DNA of 39,035 nt, taken from the NCBI GenBank assembly GCA_024692805.1, contig JAILMD010000063.1, positions 1 through 39,035 of the forward strand, written 5' to 3'. Both the position numbers and the translations under genes were made by a program. Positions 1-13,026 of this stretch are shown here, piece after piece. The notes beneath the pieces were generated by a model. It did not search any database, was not told the origin of the DNA, and saw only the letters and a program-made list of their open reading frames with translations. How positions within the stretch are numbered: position 1 is the stretch's first letter; every line of letters begins with the position of its first letter. Source of the stretch: a bacterium (GTDB lineage Bacteria; Bacillota; Clostridia; Christensenellales; UBA1242).

Positions 1-123
1 ATGAAAAAGTCGTAATATTATTCTACATTTTAAAACCACCATAATAGAATTAGACATTTGCAAATGTCCTATAAAAAATTTACTCTCGCCCAGAGAGAAT
101 TTGCTTAAATTGCTTAATATTTA

Positions 124-152
124 TTGCTCTTTTATTGGGAATTTGATATAAT
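124..152 (+). promoter_or_regulatory. sigma-A promoter of XRE gene (probably leaderless transcript)
   Basis: TTGCTC (124-129), 17 bp, TATAAT (147-152) with extended TGn; ATG 6 nt downstream, no SD. Confidence 0.65.
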
Positions 153-158
153 AGAAGT

Positions 159-752
159 ATGGAAAATTTAAATATTATTATAGGAAACAATATTAAAACT
201 TTAAGAAAGGCAAATAAACTAACTCAATTTGAGTTAAGTGAAAAACTAAATTATTCTAATAAGGCTATTTCAAGATGGGAGTCAGGCGAGGTTATACCTG
301 ACGTTGAAACGCTTAATAAAATCTGCGATATTTTCAATATTCCCCTAACTCAAATTTTTGATGAGAATTTAACTTCAACTAAGGCAACAAAAAGATATAG
401 GGCGCAACTTGGAAATAAGTTAGCAATAACCCTTCTTTCAATGCTATTAGTTTGGTTTATTGCAACAATATCATTTGTTTATATTGGTTTAATAACAACT
501 AATTATTATTGGCAATTTTTTGTTGCCGCTGTCCCTGTTACCTGCATTGTTGGAATTGTCTTTAATAGTATTTGGGGAAAGCGAATGTTTAACATTGTTT
601 TTATAACAGTTTTCATTTGGTCAATGCTCGCATTTTTATATATTCTTTTCTTACAATATAACATTTGGCCAATATTCTTTATAGGAATTCCTCTTCAAAT
701 TGGTGTCATTTTAAGCGCCAACATTAGAAAAGTTCCTAAAAATGAAGATTAA
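159..752 (+). CDS. XRE-family helix-turn-helix regulator with C-terminal transmembrane helices
   Basis: N-terminal LRKANKLTQFELSEKLNYSNKAISRWESG HTH_3 pattern, then about 4 hydrophobic segments. Confidence 0.85.
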   Translation: MENLNIIIGNNIKTLRKANKLTQFELSEKLNYSNKAISRWESGEVIPDVETLNKICDIFNIPLTQIFDENLTSTKATKRYRAQLGNKLAITLLSMLLVWFIATISFVYIGLITTNYYWQFFVAAVPVTCIVGIVFNSIWGKRMFNIVFITVFIWSMLAFLYILFLQYNIWPIFFIGIPLQIGVILSANIRKVPKNED

Positions 753-763
753 AAGGAGTTTTT

Positions 764-1474
764 ATGTTTAAGTTAAAAAAATTAGTTTTAGCAAGTGAAT
801 GTGACTCACAAACTAACTTATCATATATTGGCACACTTCAAATAATTGAAGATTCTTTAACTTCTTTTATGGGAAGTATGAAGTTAGACGGAATAACTTT
901 AAGCAAAACCTATGGCGCAACTTGGGTTTTTACTAAAAACAAAATTGATTTTAGAAAACCTGTTAAATGGGGAGATAAAATAACAGTAAAATGTTTCTTC
1001 TCCCTTATTTCACTTGCAACAGTTAACGTTACAACAGTTATCTTTAACAATAAAAAAGAAATTGTTTGTGTGTCAACAGTTCAAATGTGCGCATTAAATT
1101 TAAAAGAGAATAAAGTTTTTAAATTATCTCAAATTAAAAACTTAACAAATAAAAAGGTTGTTCCGGGTTATGAACTAACGCTAGATAAATTTGATAACGC
1201 AAGTTATAAGCAAATTGACAACATAATTGTTAAATTTTCTAGCATTGATAACTTATATCACACTAACAACATTGAATATGTTAGATTTATTTTAAACACT
1301 TATTCAGTTAAAGAATTAAGCACTAAACCAATTAAAACGCTTCAAATTGATTACATAAATCAAACTTATGAAGGCAACAAACTTGATATTTTAAAGGCAA
1401 AAAATAAAGATTTTGACCAGTTTGAGATTAAAAATGACAACCAAACTGCAGTTTTATGTAAAATTACATACTAA
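764..1474 (+). CDS. acyl-ACP thioesterase family protein (double hot-dog fold)
   Basis: SSIDNLYHTNNIEY matches the D-x-x-x-H-x-NN-x-x-Y motif; typical size; AAGGAG RBS. Confidence 0.8.
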   Translation: MFKLKKLVLASECDSQTNLSYIGTLQIIEDSLTSFMGSMKLDGITLSKTYGATWVFTKNKIDFRKPVKWGDKITVKCFFSLISLATVNVTTVIFNNKKEIVCVSTVQMCALNLKENKVFKLSQIKNLTNKKVVPGYELTLDKFDNASYKQIDNIIVKFSSIDNLYHTNNIEYVRFILNTYSVKELSTKPIKTLQIDYINQTYEGNKLDILKAKNKDFDQFEIKNDNQTAVLCKITY

Positions 1475-1528
1475 ATATTAGTTACAACAATCAAAAAATG
1501 CAAAAATGTTAATAATAAAGGAATTATC

Positions 1529-4132
1529 ATGTTAAAACTTGAAAAAATTAGTAAAATTTATCAACTTGGCGACCTAACAACCAATGCTTTAAACGAAGTT
1601 AGCATTGAGTTTAGAAAAAATGAATTTGTTTCAGTTTTAGGGCCAAGCGGTTGTGGTAAAACAACTCTTTTAAACATTATTGGTGGGCTTGATAAATACA
1701 CTTCAGGCAATCTTATTATTGATGGCAAACCAACCAAAGAGTTTAAAGATAAAGATTGGGACGCTTATAGAAACCATAGAATTGGTTTTGTTTTTCAAAG
1801 TTATAACCTTATTCCTCACCAAACCGTTTTAGCAAACGTTGAATTAGCCTTAACTCTTTCTGGTGTTTCTAGAAAAGAAAGAAAACAAAGAGCTATTGAA
1901 GCTTTAAAGCGTGTTGGCCTTGAAGATAAAATAAAAAACAAGCCAAACCAACTTTCAGGCGGTCAGATGCAAAGAGTTGCAATAGCAAGGGCGCTAATAA
2001 ATAACCCTGAAATAATCTTAGCAGACGAGCCAACCGGTGCGCTTGACAGCGAATCAAGCCTTCAAGTTATGCAAATTTTAAAGGAAATTGCTAAAGATAA
2101 ACTTATTGTTATGGTAACCCATAACCCAGAACTAGCAGAAACCTATTCAACGAGAATTGTTAAACTTTTTGATGGTAAATTAATTTCAGACTCTAACCCA
2201 TTTACCGAAACAGACGAACGAAAAGAGCAAAAAGAAAAGGAAAACATTTTTCAAAAAACTGAAAAAGAAAGGAAAAAAGAAGAAAAAAAGAAGCGAATGA
2301 GCTTCTTTACCGCCCTAGCTTTAAGTTTTAAAAACCTTTTAACCAAAAAAACGCGAACAATTTTAACGGCTTTTGCAGGCTCAATAGGTATTATTGGAAT
2401 TGCCTTAATCTTAGCAATTTCTAATGGTTTTAACGCTTATGTTACAAAAATTCAAAAAGACACCCTTTCTTCTTACCCTGTAACCGTTAACAACAGTAGT
2501 TATGAAATTATCAGCTTAATGCAAATTTTTATGAATGATGATAAAAATAAGAAAAACAACGAGCTTGATAAGGTTTATACTAACAGCGAATTAACTGATA
2601 TGTTAAGCAAATTTAACGTTTCTTCTTCAAAAAATGACACCGCTTCATTTAAAACATATATTGAAGGCGATGGCAAAGATGAAATTGAATCATTAACGAG
2701 TGCAATTCAATATTCTTATTCAAATGCTAAAATTAATGGTTACTTTAACAGCATTTTAAATGGTGGCGTTATTCAAGCAAACCCAACATCTGTTTTTGCC
2801 GACGTTATTGCAGCATATCCTCTAAGCCACCCTCTTGACCCACATTCAGATCAAGCATTACGCTATACCTTGCTTTCTTATATGTTTGGAAGCGAAAGCA
2901 GTTATTATTCAAACGACCTTTGGAGTGAAATTTTAGATAACCAAGCCTTAATTGAATCACAATATGAACTTATTGGCGAAAACAGCAAGTGGGCAACTGA
3001 ATATAACGAACTTATGATTATTGTTGACCAAAACAATGAAATAAGCGATTATACGCTTTTTGGCTTAGGGCTTCTTAACCAAGACGAACTTGAAGTTTTG
3101 CTTAATAAATATATTAACGGTCAAGACTATTCTTCTCACACTGAAACCTTCAATTATGATCAACTTATTGGCTTAACTTATAAACTTATTTTAGAAAGTG
3201 ATTATTACGAACTTCAAAGTGATGACACTTACCTTGATATAAGAACGCTAAGAACAACTGATCCTGACCTTTATAAAACAAAAATAACTAATCTTTATAA
3301 CAGCGATAAAGCAATAACGGTAACAATTAGCGGAATAATGCGAGAAAAACCAACAAGCCGTGTTCATATGGCTAAATCAACAGTTTGCTATAACAAAAAA
3401 CTAACTGACTATGTTATAACTCAAAACAACGCTAGCCCGATTATTGCTAGCCAATTAGCGTCAACAACTATTGATGTTTTAACCAACCAGACACTTGCTA
3501 GCGAAGGAAAAACGCAAAACGATATTTTAACTGCGCTAGGTTATGTTGACAAATCAGTTCCAACTTCAATTTCACTTTACCCAACCAACTTCGAAGCAAA
3601 AGCAAAAATTGAAGATTTTATTGAAACTTATAATAAACAATGTGTCGCTGATGGCGAGGAAAGCAAAATTATTACCTATTCTGACACCGTTGGAACGCTT
3701 ATGAGTTCAGTAACAACAATTATTTCAGCAATAACCTATGTTTTAATTGCCTTTGTTAGCGTTTCACTTATTGTTAGTTCAATAATGATAGGAATAATAA
3801 CTTATATTTCAGTTATTGAAAGAACGCGTGAGATTGGCGTTTTGAGAAGTATTGGTGCTTCAAAACGTGACGTTAAACGCGTGTTTACCGCTGAAACATT
3901 TATTGTTGGTTTAACTAGCGGACTTATGGGAATTGCCATAACAATACTTTTAATTATTCCTATCAATATAATCTTAACAAGCGTAACCGGAATAAGCGGA
4001 ATTGCTAACTTGCCTGTTTTTGGTGCTTTAATTCTAATTGCAATAAGCGTTGTTTTAACCTTGATTGCCGGTTTAATTCCTGCTAATATTGCAGCAAAAA
4101 AGGATCCTGTTTTAGCTCTTAGAAGCGAATAA
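1529..4132 (+). CDS. MacB-like fused ABC ATPase/FtsX permease
   Basis: Walker A GPSGCGKT, LSGGQ signature, ILADEPTGALD, one TM, large extracellular domain, C-terminal FtsX motif ERTREIGVLRSIGA. Confidence 0.92.
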   Translation: MLKLEKISKIYQLGDLTTNALNEVSIEFRKNEFVSVLGPSGCGKTTLLNIIGGLDKYTSGNLIIDGKPTKEFKDKDWDAYRNHRIGFVFQSYNLIPHQTVLANVELALTLSGVSRKERKQRAIEALKRVGLEDKIKNKPNQLSGGQMQRVAIARALINNPEIILADEPTGALDSESSLQVMQILKEIAKDKLIVMVTHNPELAETYSTRIVKLFDGKLISDSNPFTETDERKEQKEKENIFQKTEKERKKEEKKKRMSFFTALALSFKNLLTKKTRTILTAFAGSIGIIGIALILAISNGFNAYVTKIQKDTLSSYPVTVNNSSYEIISLMQIFMNDDKNKKNNELDKVYTNSELTDMLSKFNVSSSKNDTASFKTYIEGDGKDEIESLTSAIQYSYSNAKINGYFNSILNGGVIQANPTSVFADVIAAYPLSHPLDPHSDQALRYTLLSYMFGSESSYYSNDLWSEILDNQALIESQYELIGENSKWATEYNELMIIVDQNNEISDYTLFGLGLLNQDELEVLLNKYINGQDYSSHTETFNYDQLIGLTYKLILESDYYELQSDDTYLDIRTLRTTDPDLYKTKITNLYNSDKAITVTISGIMREKPTSRVHMAKSTVCYNKKLTDYVITQNNASPIIASQLASTTIDVLTNQTLASEGKTQNDILTALGYVDKSVPTSISLYPTNFEAKAKIEDFIETYNKQCVADGEESKIITYSDTVGTLMSSVTTIISAITYVLIAFVSVSLIVSSIMIGIITYISVIERTREIGVLRSIGASKRDVKRVFTAETFIVGLTSGLMGIAITILLIIPINIILTSVTGISGIANLPVFGALILIAISVVLTLIAGLIPANIAAKKDPVLALRSE

Positions 4133-4158
4133 TTAACAAAAACAACCATAAAATCTAT

Positions 4159-4200
4159 AAAAATTGATAAACTTAGTTTAAAATTGTTTATCAATTTTTT
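4159..4200 (+). terminator. intrinsic terminator after ABC transporter
   Basis: AAAATTGATAAAC...GTTTATCAATTTT inverted repeat with T tract. Confidence 0.65.
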
Positions 4201-4229
4201 ATTTTATGTTAATATAATTAAGTAATATT

Positions 4230-4976
4230 ATGAATAATGAAGATGATTTAAAGGATTTAACAACTAAAAATAATAGGCAAAATAAAGTTTATATTCCAAG
4301 AGATAATCCCCTTGTTACAATATTAGCCATTTTTGCTTTTTGTTTTATTTGTTTTACTTTAACCTTTCAAATCATTTTAAAACCAATCGCTGTTAACGGA
4401 TATAGTATGCTCCCTTCAATTAACGCGAGCGCTATTGGGGCTTACGGAACGGAACAAACTGATATTGTTTATTACCGCCAACCAAACAAAGATAATATTA
4501 CGTTTGGATCAGTTGTTATAATAAACTCTAATTACACAACAACTGACCATAAAATCATAAAAAGAGTTATTGGCCAACCTGGTGACACCCTTACTTTTAA
4601 AATTGAAAATCTTTTGCCTCACTATAAAGATGGCCACACCGCTTATTATTATGAGGTTTATCTTAACGGAATAAAACTAAACGAACTAAGCGGAGAATTG
4701 CCTTACGTTATTTATGAAAAAATGGAATATGCCTTTGAATCAACTGACGTTGAAGTTTATGAATATTTCAACAATTTTTCAACAAATATGGCAATAAATC
4801 ACGAGTTTAGCGTAACGCTAGAAGAAAACCAATATTTCGTTATGGGAGATAACAGGAATAACTCAACAGATAGCAGATTCTTTGGACCGGTTAATTTTAA
4901 AGACATCATCGGCGAAGCTGTTATATTTGTTCCCTATGGGGAAACACTTGCAAGCGTTTTAATCTCTAAGATATAA
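4230..4976 (+). CDS. lepB: signal peptidase I, Ser/Lys (LepB/S26A) type
   Basis: TM then GYSMLP, IIKRVIG, MGDNRNNSTDSR boxes. Confidence 0.9.
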   Translation: MNNEDDLKDLTTKNNRQNKVYIPRDNPLVTILAIFAFCFICFTLTFQIILKPIAVNGYSMLPSINASAIGAYGTEQTDIVYYRQPNKDNITFGSVVIINSNYTTTDHKIIKRVIGQPGDTLTFKIENLLPHYKDGHTAYYYEVYLNGIKLNELSGELPYVIYEKMEYAFESTDVEVYEYFNNFSTNMAINHEFSVTLEENQYFVMGDNRNNSTDSRFFGPVNFKDIIGEAVIFVPYGETLASVLISKI

Positions 4977-4991
4977 TCAAAGGAGAAAATT

Positions 4992-5870
4992 ATGAAGAAA
5001 GTTTTAGTAACAACAGATAGTTCTTGCGATTTAGGCAAAGAAATTTTAACTAAAAGAGGAATTAAACAAATTTGTCTTAATATCGTTTTAGGCAATGATG
5101 AATATGTTGACGGCGTAACGGTTACCGCCCCTGATATTTTTGAATATGTTAAAATCAATAAAAAGTTACCTAAAACCGCAGCATTAACTGAAGATCAGTT
5201 TACAAGATTTTTTAAAGATTGCCTAAAAGTTGCCGATGAAATTGTTCATATTGGGCTTTCAAGCGGGTTGTCTGTTCAATTTAACCAAAGCGTTCAAGCG
5301 GCATTAGCTTTTGAAGGAAAAGTTCACGTTATTGACGGAAAAAGCCTTTCTAGCGGAACAGGCCTACTTGTTTTAGCCGCCCAAGATTTAGTTGACGAAG
5401 GAAAAACCGCTGACCAAGTTGTTGAAGAAATTTCAAAACGTGTTCCTAATGTTCAAACAAGTTTTATCATTCAAGACACTGAATATTTATATCGCGGTGG
5501 GCGCTGTTCAGGAATTGCAATGATTGGCGCAAATTTATTTAAAATTAAGCCTCACATTTTAGTTATTGATGGCGTTATGAAGCCTCACGGAATGCCAAGG
5601 GGCAAAATGAATAAGGTTTTACTTGGTTACGTTGACGACACGCTTAGTGAGTTTAACCACCCTGACAAAAAGCGCGCCTTTTTAGTTCACTCTTTCTTAG
5701 AGCCTGAAATTGTTAATGAAGTTTATGAATATGTTAAATCAAAAAATATTTTTGATGAATTAACCGTTTCAACAACCGGCTCAACAATAGCAAGCCATTG
5801 CGGAAAAGGAACGCTTGGATTTATGTATATTAATGATGGAAACGAGGTTTATGATCCAAAAAATGCATAA
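4992..5870 (+). CDS. DegV/FakB fatty-acid-binding protein
   Basis: TDSSCDL, PKTAA, LSSGLS, LYRGGR, TIASHCG motifs. Confidence 0.92.
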   Translation: MKKVLVTTDSSCDLGKEILTKRGIKQICLNIVLGNDEYVDGVTVTAPDIFEYVKINKKLPKTAALTEDQFTRFFKDCLKVADEIVHIGLSSGLSVQFNQSVQAALAFEGKVHVIDGKSLSSGTGLLVLAAQDLVDEGKTADQVVEEISKRVPNVQTSFIIQDTEYLYRGGRCSGIAMIGANLFKIKPHILVIDGVMKPHGMPRGKMNKVLLGYVDDTLSEFNHPDKKRAFLVHSFLEPEIVNEVYEYVKSKNIFDELTVSTTGSTIASHCGKGTLGFMYINDGNEVYDPKNA

Positions 5871-6432
5871 TAATAAGTTTAAAAGCCTGATTTGTTTATT
5901 ATTACTAGTTTTTTGCAGTTTCTTAAGCGTTGGTTGCTGGGAACAAAACAGCGATCTTGATATGAATTATTACACTCTAACTAGTTCAACCTATACCCTA
6001 TTTAATAGTTATGATGAGGTTAGAACGTCATCTTCTGACTTTATTGGGGCAACGCCAATTTCTAGGCAATATGACAAAATTGATATTAACCTTTCAAGCG
6101 AATGGCTTTATAACTTTGAAATTAACACGCTATCTTTTGACGTTTTAACAAATGAAACTGCAGAACTTCAATTTTCAATATGCGTTACAAACCTAAAGGA
6201 CGGCTCGATTGTTGGCGCAAAACAAGTTAAACAAAAAACTTACACAATTTATACAACCTATCAAGCCAACCAAACTAAATCTGAAGAAATTTTAATTAAG
6301 GATATATTTGAGCTTTCAACGGCTGAAACGATTATTTCAATAGAGTTAGTTAATACTGAGGTTTATGCCAGCTCAACCCTTAATTTCGCCATTTTTAACG
6401 TTAAATTAAACGGAAAATTAAGTTATAATTAA
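5851..6432 (+). CDS. putative lipoprotein
   Basis: Signal peptide ending in lipobox LSVGC; start uncertain (5851 or 5863); overlaps degV end. Confidence 0.65.
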   Translation: MIQKMHNNKFKSLICLLLLVFCSFLSVGCWEQNSDLDMNYYTLTSSTYTLFNSYDEVRTSSSDFIGATPISRQYDKIDINLSSEWLYNFEINTLSFDVLTNETAELQFSICVTNLKDGSIVGAKQVKQKTYTIYTTYQANQTKSEEILIKDIFELSTAETIISIELVNTEVYASSTLNFAIFNVKLNGKLSYN

Positions 6433-6445
6433 GAATAAATAAATT

Positions 6446-6477
6446 AACCCTTGCATAACCTTTTGCAAGGGTTTTTT
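6446..6477 (+). terminator. intrinsic terminator overlapping RBS of HD gene
   Basis: AACCCTTGCA...TGCAAGGGTT followed by T run, directly before ATG 6478. Confidence 0.65.
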
Positions 6478-7110
6478 ATGTTTACTTATAAAGATGTTTT
6501 TAACGATAAAACAATTAAAGAAATTTTATCAAAAATAGATTATAATGACCGCCAAAGGATTTGCTCTCACGGCACGCGCCACGCATATTCTTGCATTAGA
6601 ATTGCGAAAACACTTTTTGATGAATTTAAAATAAATCCAATTTATTTGCAGGAAACACTTATTGCCTGCTCTCTTCACGATATTGGCAACCTTGGTGGTA
6701 AACATAACCACGCAAAAAGAAGTTTTAAATTTGCAAGAATTTTTCTAAAAGACAAATTATTAAAAGCGCCCAAGAAAAGAATTTTAACCGCGATTAAAAA
6801 TCATTCTAAAACACGCAAAAACGCTAGCATTATTGAAAAGGTTTTAGTTTGCTCTGATAAACTAGATATGTCAAAAACAAGACTAATGCCTAATGGTAAT
6901 AGTTTTAACGGAATGCGTCAATCAGCCTTTATTGAAGAAATTAAACCAATTAGAAAACTAGATTATTTTATTGTTGAAATTATTGTTACTAATCAGTTTA
7001 ATATTAATGAATGGAATAGTTATTATTTTACTAAGAAAATAGTTAAAGCTGTTAATAATTTAGCAAAAACTTTGGGATTAAAACCGAAAATAGAATATAA
7101 AAAAGCATGA
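6478..7110 (+). CDS. HD-domain phosphohydrolase
   Basis: SHGTRHA, LHDIG, HNHA, NHS, SDKLD pattern; ATG 6478 preferred to the upstream TTG. Confidence 0.85.
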   Translation: MFTYKDVFNDKTIKEILSKIDYNDRQRICSHGTRHAYSCIRIAKTLFDEFKINPIYLQETLIACSLHDIGNLGGKHNHAKRSFKFARIFLKDKLLKAPKKRILTAIKNHSKTRKNASIIEKVLVCSDKLDMSKTRLMPNGNSFNGMRQSAFIEEIKPIRKLDYFIVEIIVTNQFNINEWNSYYFTKKIVKAVNNLAKTLGLKPKIEYKKA

Positions 7111-7126
7111 TTTCTCATGCTTTTTT
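7099..7126. terminator. bidirectional terminator between HD gene and gyrA
   Basis: AAAAAAGCATGA-TTTC-TCATGCTTTTTT between convergent genes. Confidence 0.8.
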
Positions 7127-7215
7127 GTTTGTTTTTTACTAATTTTGCGATTTTTATTCACTTTTTTGTTATAAAAACCACTTTTTTATTTATTTTCTGC
7201 AAAATACGCTAAATT

Positions 7216-9756
7216 TTAAACATTTTCCTCATCATTTGGCGCATTAACGTCGACATTGTCACCAATAACAAGTGTTTCGCCACCATCTTCGGTTAAGTCT
7301 TCGGCAACTTTATCAGCAATAGCAACGCTAACAACTTTGGCTTCATCTTTAAGTTTCATAATTCTAACACCTTGAGTGTTTCTGCTTACTCTTGAAATTG
7401 AATTAGCAGGAACTCTTATGATAACGCCGTTATCGGCAATAATCATAACGTCATCATCTTCGCCAACAAGCTTAATATTAACTACGTTTCCTGTTTTTTC
7501 ATTTAACATTCCGGCTTTAACACCTTTTCCGTTTCTGCCTTGAAGACGATATTCTTCTTGGCTACAACGTTTACCAAATGCGTTTTCAGTTATTGTTAAA
7601 ACGTCTTTTCCTTCGCTTAAAACCAAAACATCAACTAAATAGTCACCTGGTTCCATGCTCATTGATTTAACGCCCATAGTGTCTCTTGAAGTTGCCCTAA
7701 TTGACTTCTCGCTAACCCTTATGGTTTTGCCGTAATGAGAAGCGACCATAATTTCTTGATTACCATTAGTAACTTTTGCGCCAACAAGCGTGTCGCCATC
7801 CATTAGGCTAATAGCAATTTTACCGCTCTTTCTTATGTTAGCATATTCGCTTAAAGCAGTTTTCTTAATTAAGCCTTTCTTTGTTGCAATAACTAAGAAT
7901 CCTTCGGTTCTTTCATTTAATGGAATAATTGTTTCAACGCTTTCGCCTTCACTAAGTTCAAGAAGGTTAACAATTGCCCTTCCCCTTGCGTTCTTTTGCG
8001 CTTCAGGAATTTCATAAGCCTTTGTGCAATAAACCTTACCAGTGTTAGTAAAGTAAAGAATATCGTCGTGAGTGTTAGAAATAAACATGCTCTCAACAAA
8101 GTCTTCTTCCTTTGGCTTATGACCGGTAACACCCATTCCACCCCTATGTTGCGTTTTATATTCGCTAACAGGAATACGTTTGATATAACCAAAGTGAGTT
8201 AAACTAATAACAACGTCTTCTTTCTCAATAAGGTCAGCAATATCAATATCACCAACGTCAACGCTAACTTCACTCTTTCTTTCATCACCGAATTTTTCTT
8301 TAATTTCAAGCAAGTCGTTTGAAATAATTTCAAGAATTTTTGCTTCGCTCGCAATAATTCCTTTATATTCAGCAATTAAGTCAATAAGACCTTTAAGTTC
8401 TTCGTTAAGTTTTTCAACTTCAAGGCTAGTTAATCTTTGAAGTTTCATATCAAGAATTGCGTTTGCTTGAAGCTCATCAAGAAGGTAAGCTTCCATGAGT
8501 TTCTTCATAGCATCTTGCCTGTCAGCGCTGGCCTTGATTGTTGCAATAACGTCATCAATATTAGCAAGAGCAACAACTAGCCCCTCTAAGATATGCGCTC
8601 TTTCTTCAGCACGCGCAAGGTCATATTTAGTTTTTCTTAAAACAACTTCTTTTTGATGGTCAATATAAACTGCTAAAAGTTGTTTAAGGTTAAGTGTTTT
8701 TGGTTGCCCGTCAACAAGCGCAAGGAAGTTAATTCCAAAGCCTGTTTGCAAAGCAGTGTGCTTATAAAGATAATTCAAAACAACTTGAGGTTGAGCGTCA
8801 TGTTTAATATCAATAACAATTCTCATACCCTTTCTGTCTGACTCATCTTTAATATCGCTAATTCCTTCAATTCTCTTGTTTTTAACAAGGTCAGCAATGC
8901 TCATAATAAGTTCGCTCTTGTTAACTTGGTAAGGAATTTCATGAATTAAAATTCTTGAGTGTTTGTCAGTTTCTTCAATTTCAGTTCTTGCCCTAACAAC
9001 AACGCCACCACGCCCAGTAAGATAAGCGTTTTTAAGAGCAGCCTTGCCCATAATAACGCCACCTGTTGGGTAATCAGGCGCAGGAATAATCTCCATAAGT
9101 TCGTCAATTGTTATATCAGGGTTTTTAATTTGAGCAACAATGGCATCAACAACTTCATTTAGGTTGTGAGGTGGAATATTTGTTGCCATACCAACGGCAA
9201 TACCATCACTTCCGTTAACTAAAAGGTTAGGAAATCTTGATGGTAAAACAACTGGTTGTTTTCTCGTTTCATCAAAGTTAGGAATAAAGTCAACAGTATC
9301 TTTATCAATATCCCTAAGCATTTCATCAGCAAGCTTACTAAGCCTTGCCTCAGTATAACGATAAGCAGCAGGAGGATCTCCATCAACTGACCCAAAGTTA
9401 CCGTGGCCATCAACAAGCGTATATCTTATTGAAAAGTCTTGAGCAAGCCTAACTAACGCCCCATAAACCGAGCTATCACCATGAGGGTGATACCTACCTA
9501 AAACGTCACCAACCGTTGTAGCACATTTTTTATATGGTTTGTCATGAGTATACCCACTTTCGTTCATTGCATAAAGAATTCTTCTTTGAACAGGCTTAAG
9601 GCCATCACGCGCATCAGGAATTGCCCTGCTTACGTTAACAGCCATAGCATAAGCGATAAACGACTTTTTCATTTCCATTTCAAGATCAGTTGGAATTATT
9701 TTAGTGTTATCAACTATTTGTTCATATTCAGCACTATAATCTCTCTTTTTAGCCAT
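7216..9756 (-). CDS. gyrA: DNA gyrase subunit A
   Basis: [25 protein letters not shown] active site, GyrA box QHRGGMG, beta-pinwheel repeats. Confidence 0.97.
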   Translation of the reverse strand: MAKKRDYSAEYEQIVDNTKIIPTDLEMEMKKSFIAYAMAVNVSRAIPDARDGLKPVQRRILYAMNESGYTHDKPYKKCATTVGDVLGRYHPHGDSSVYGALVRLAQDFSIRYTLVDGHGNFGSVDGDPPAAYRYTEARLSKLADEMLRDIDKDTVDFIPNFDETRKQPVVLPSRFPNLLVNGSDGIAVGMATNIPPHNLNEVVDAIVAQIKNPDITIDELMEIIPAPDYPTGGVIMGKAALKNAYLTGRGGVVVRARTEIEETDKHSRILIHEIPYQVNKSELIMSIADLVKNKRIEGISDIKDESDRKGMRIVIDIKHDAQPQVVLNYLYKHTALQTGFGINFLALVDGQPKTLNLKQLLAVYIDHQKEVVLRKTKYDLARAEERAHILEGLVVALANIDDVIATIKASADRQDAMKKLMEAYLLDELQANAILDMKLQRLTSLEVEKLNEELKGLIDLIAEYKGIIASEAKILEIISNDLLEIKEKFGDERKSEVSVDVGDIDIADLIEKEDVVISLTHFGYIKRIPVSEYKTQHRGGMGVTGHKPKEEDFVESMFISNTHDDILYFTNTGKVYCTKAYEIPEAQKNARGRAIVNLLELSEGESVETIIPLNERTEGFLVIATKKGLIKKTALSEYANIRKSGKIAISLMDGDTLVGAKVTNGNQEIMVASHYGKTIRVSEKSIRATSRDTMGVKSMSMEPGDYLVDVLVLSEGKDVLTITENAFGKRCSQEEYRLQGRNGKGVKAGMLNEKTGNVVNIKLVGEDDDVMIIADNGVIIRVPANSISRVSRNTQGVRIMKLKDEAKVVSVAIADKVAEDLTEDGGETLVIGDNVDVNAPNDEENV

Positions 9757-9764
9757 AGTTCCTC

Positions 9765-11696
<1,932 letters not shown>

Positions 11697-11714
11697 TTAG
11701 ATTAGACTATAAAA

Positions 11715-11744
11715 ATTATATCACACAAACCCGTTTTTACGCAA
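11715..11744 (-). promoter_or_regulatory. putative gyrB promoter
   Basis: Minus strand TTGCGT, 18 bp, TATAAT with extended TGn. Confidence 0.6.
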
Positions 11745-11803
11745 CTAAAATATAAATATATTTATATAATAATTATATTTTATCAACAAAAAAACACCAT
11801 ATT

Positions 11804-12910
11804 TTAGGTGTTTTTAACTTTTTTCTCTTTAACAGTTCCCAAAACTATCTTAAACTGGCAAAAATCAGTTGTTGGTTTAAACTTAAAAGTTGTTCCAGTA
11901 AAGATAGATTGAACGCCTTTAACACAGTCATAAAGCTTCTTTTGACGCTTTGTGTCAAGTTCGCTAAACACGTCATCAAAAACCATAATAGGCGGCTCGC
12001 CTAGTTCTTCGGTTATTATTTTCATTTCGGCTAATTTTAAGGCTAGGGTTATGCTTCTCGCCTGCCCCTGACTTGCAAAAGCGCGCGCATCAGTTTTGTT
12101 TAACTCAAATTTAATATCATCTCTGTGAGGGCCAATCGAAGTGTAGCCTAGTTCCATATCTCTTTCAAGGTTTTCTTCAAGTGCTTTTATGATTTGATTA
12201 TAAATCTCGTCAGTTTCCTCCCCTGACTGACCAATATAGGTTATGTTTAAATCTTCTTTGTTTTCGCTAAGTTCTTTTAAATAAACCTGAGCAAAAGGCA
12301 ACAATTTTTTAATAAATGATTTTCTAATTTTAATTATTCTTGAAGCCGTTTTTGCTAATTCAATATCCCAAACGCCAATTGTATCAATAATTTTAGCAAC
12401 ATCTTTTTCAAATTTTAAAAGTTTATTCCTTTGAAATAAAACCTTTTCATATCTATTTAAAAGATTAACATAAGCCCCACTTATCATTGAAATATCATTA
12501 TCAATAAAATCACGCCTTTCTTGAGGCCCGCCGGTTACAATTTTTAATTCTTGAGGTGAAAAATAAATGGTTGCAAGGTTTCCGGCTAATTCGCTCATCT
12601 TCGTTATTTTGTTTCCATTAACAAAATATTCATTTTCACTATCTTTATTAATGTTAAAATTAAAGTTAACTATTCCCTCTTTTTTTGCTAGGCTTGCTTT
12701 AATATTGGCCGACTTCTCGCCCGCTAAAATTAAATCACTCGTTTGGTGAGTTCTTGGGCTAAACGCCTTGCTCAAAAAAACGATAGCCTCACAAAGGTTT
12801 GTTTTGCCTTGACCATTAAGCCCGCAAACCAAGTTAATTCCTGGGTTTAACTCAACTTCAGTTTGAGCGTGGTTTCTAAAATTATTAAGTTTTAAGCTAA
12901 CTAATTCCAT
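11804..12910 (-). CDS. recF: DNA replication/repair protein RecF
   Basis: NFRN, GLNGQGKTN, GPHRDD, ASQGQ, DDVFSELD. Confidence 0.96.
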   Translation of the reverse strand: MELVSLKLNNFRNHAQTEVELNPGINLVCGLNGQGKTNLCEAIVFLSKAFSPRTHQTSDLILAGEKSANIKASLAKKEGIVNFNFNINKDSENEYFVNGNKITKMSELAGNLATIYFSPQELKIVTGGPQERRDFIDNDISMISGAYVNLLNRYEKVLFQRNKLLKFEKDVAKIIDTIGVWDIELAKTASRIIKIRKSFIKKLLPFAQVYLKELSENKEDLNITYIGQSGEETDEIYNQIIKALEENLERDMELGYTSIGPHRDDIKFELNKTDARAFASQGQARSITLALKLAEMKIITEELGEPPIMVFDDVFSELDTKRQKKLYDCVKGVQSIFTGTTFKFKPTTDFCQFKIVLGTVKEKKVKNT

Positions 12911-13026
12911 CGCTTTTTTTATTTTACCAAAAAAATATCAAAGTGTAAAACTTATTTATGTTGAAAACTTGTTTTTTTTATTTGTTTAGTTTATAATCTT
13001 ATTAACAATAAACTAGAGGAGGGATT

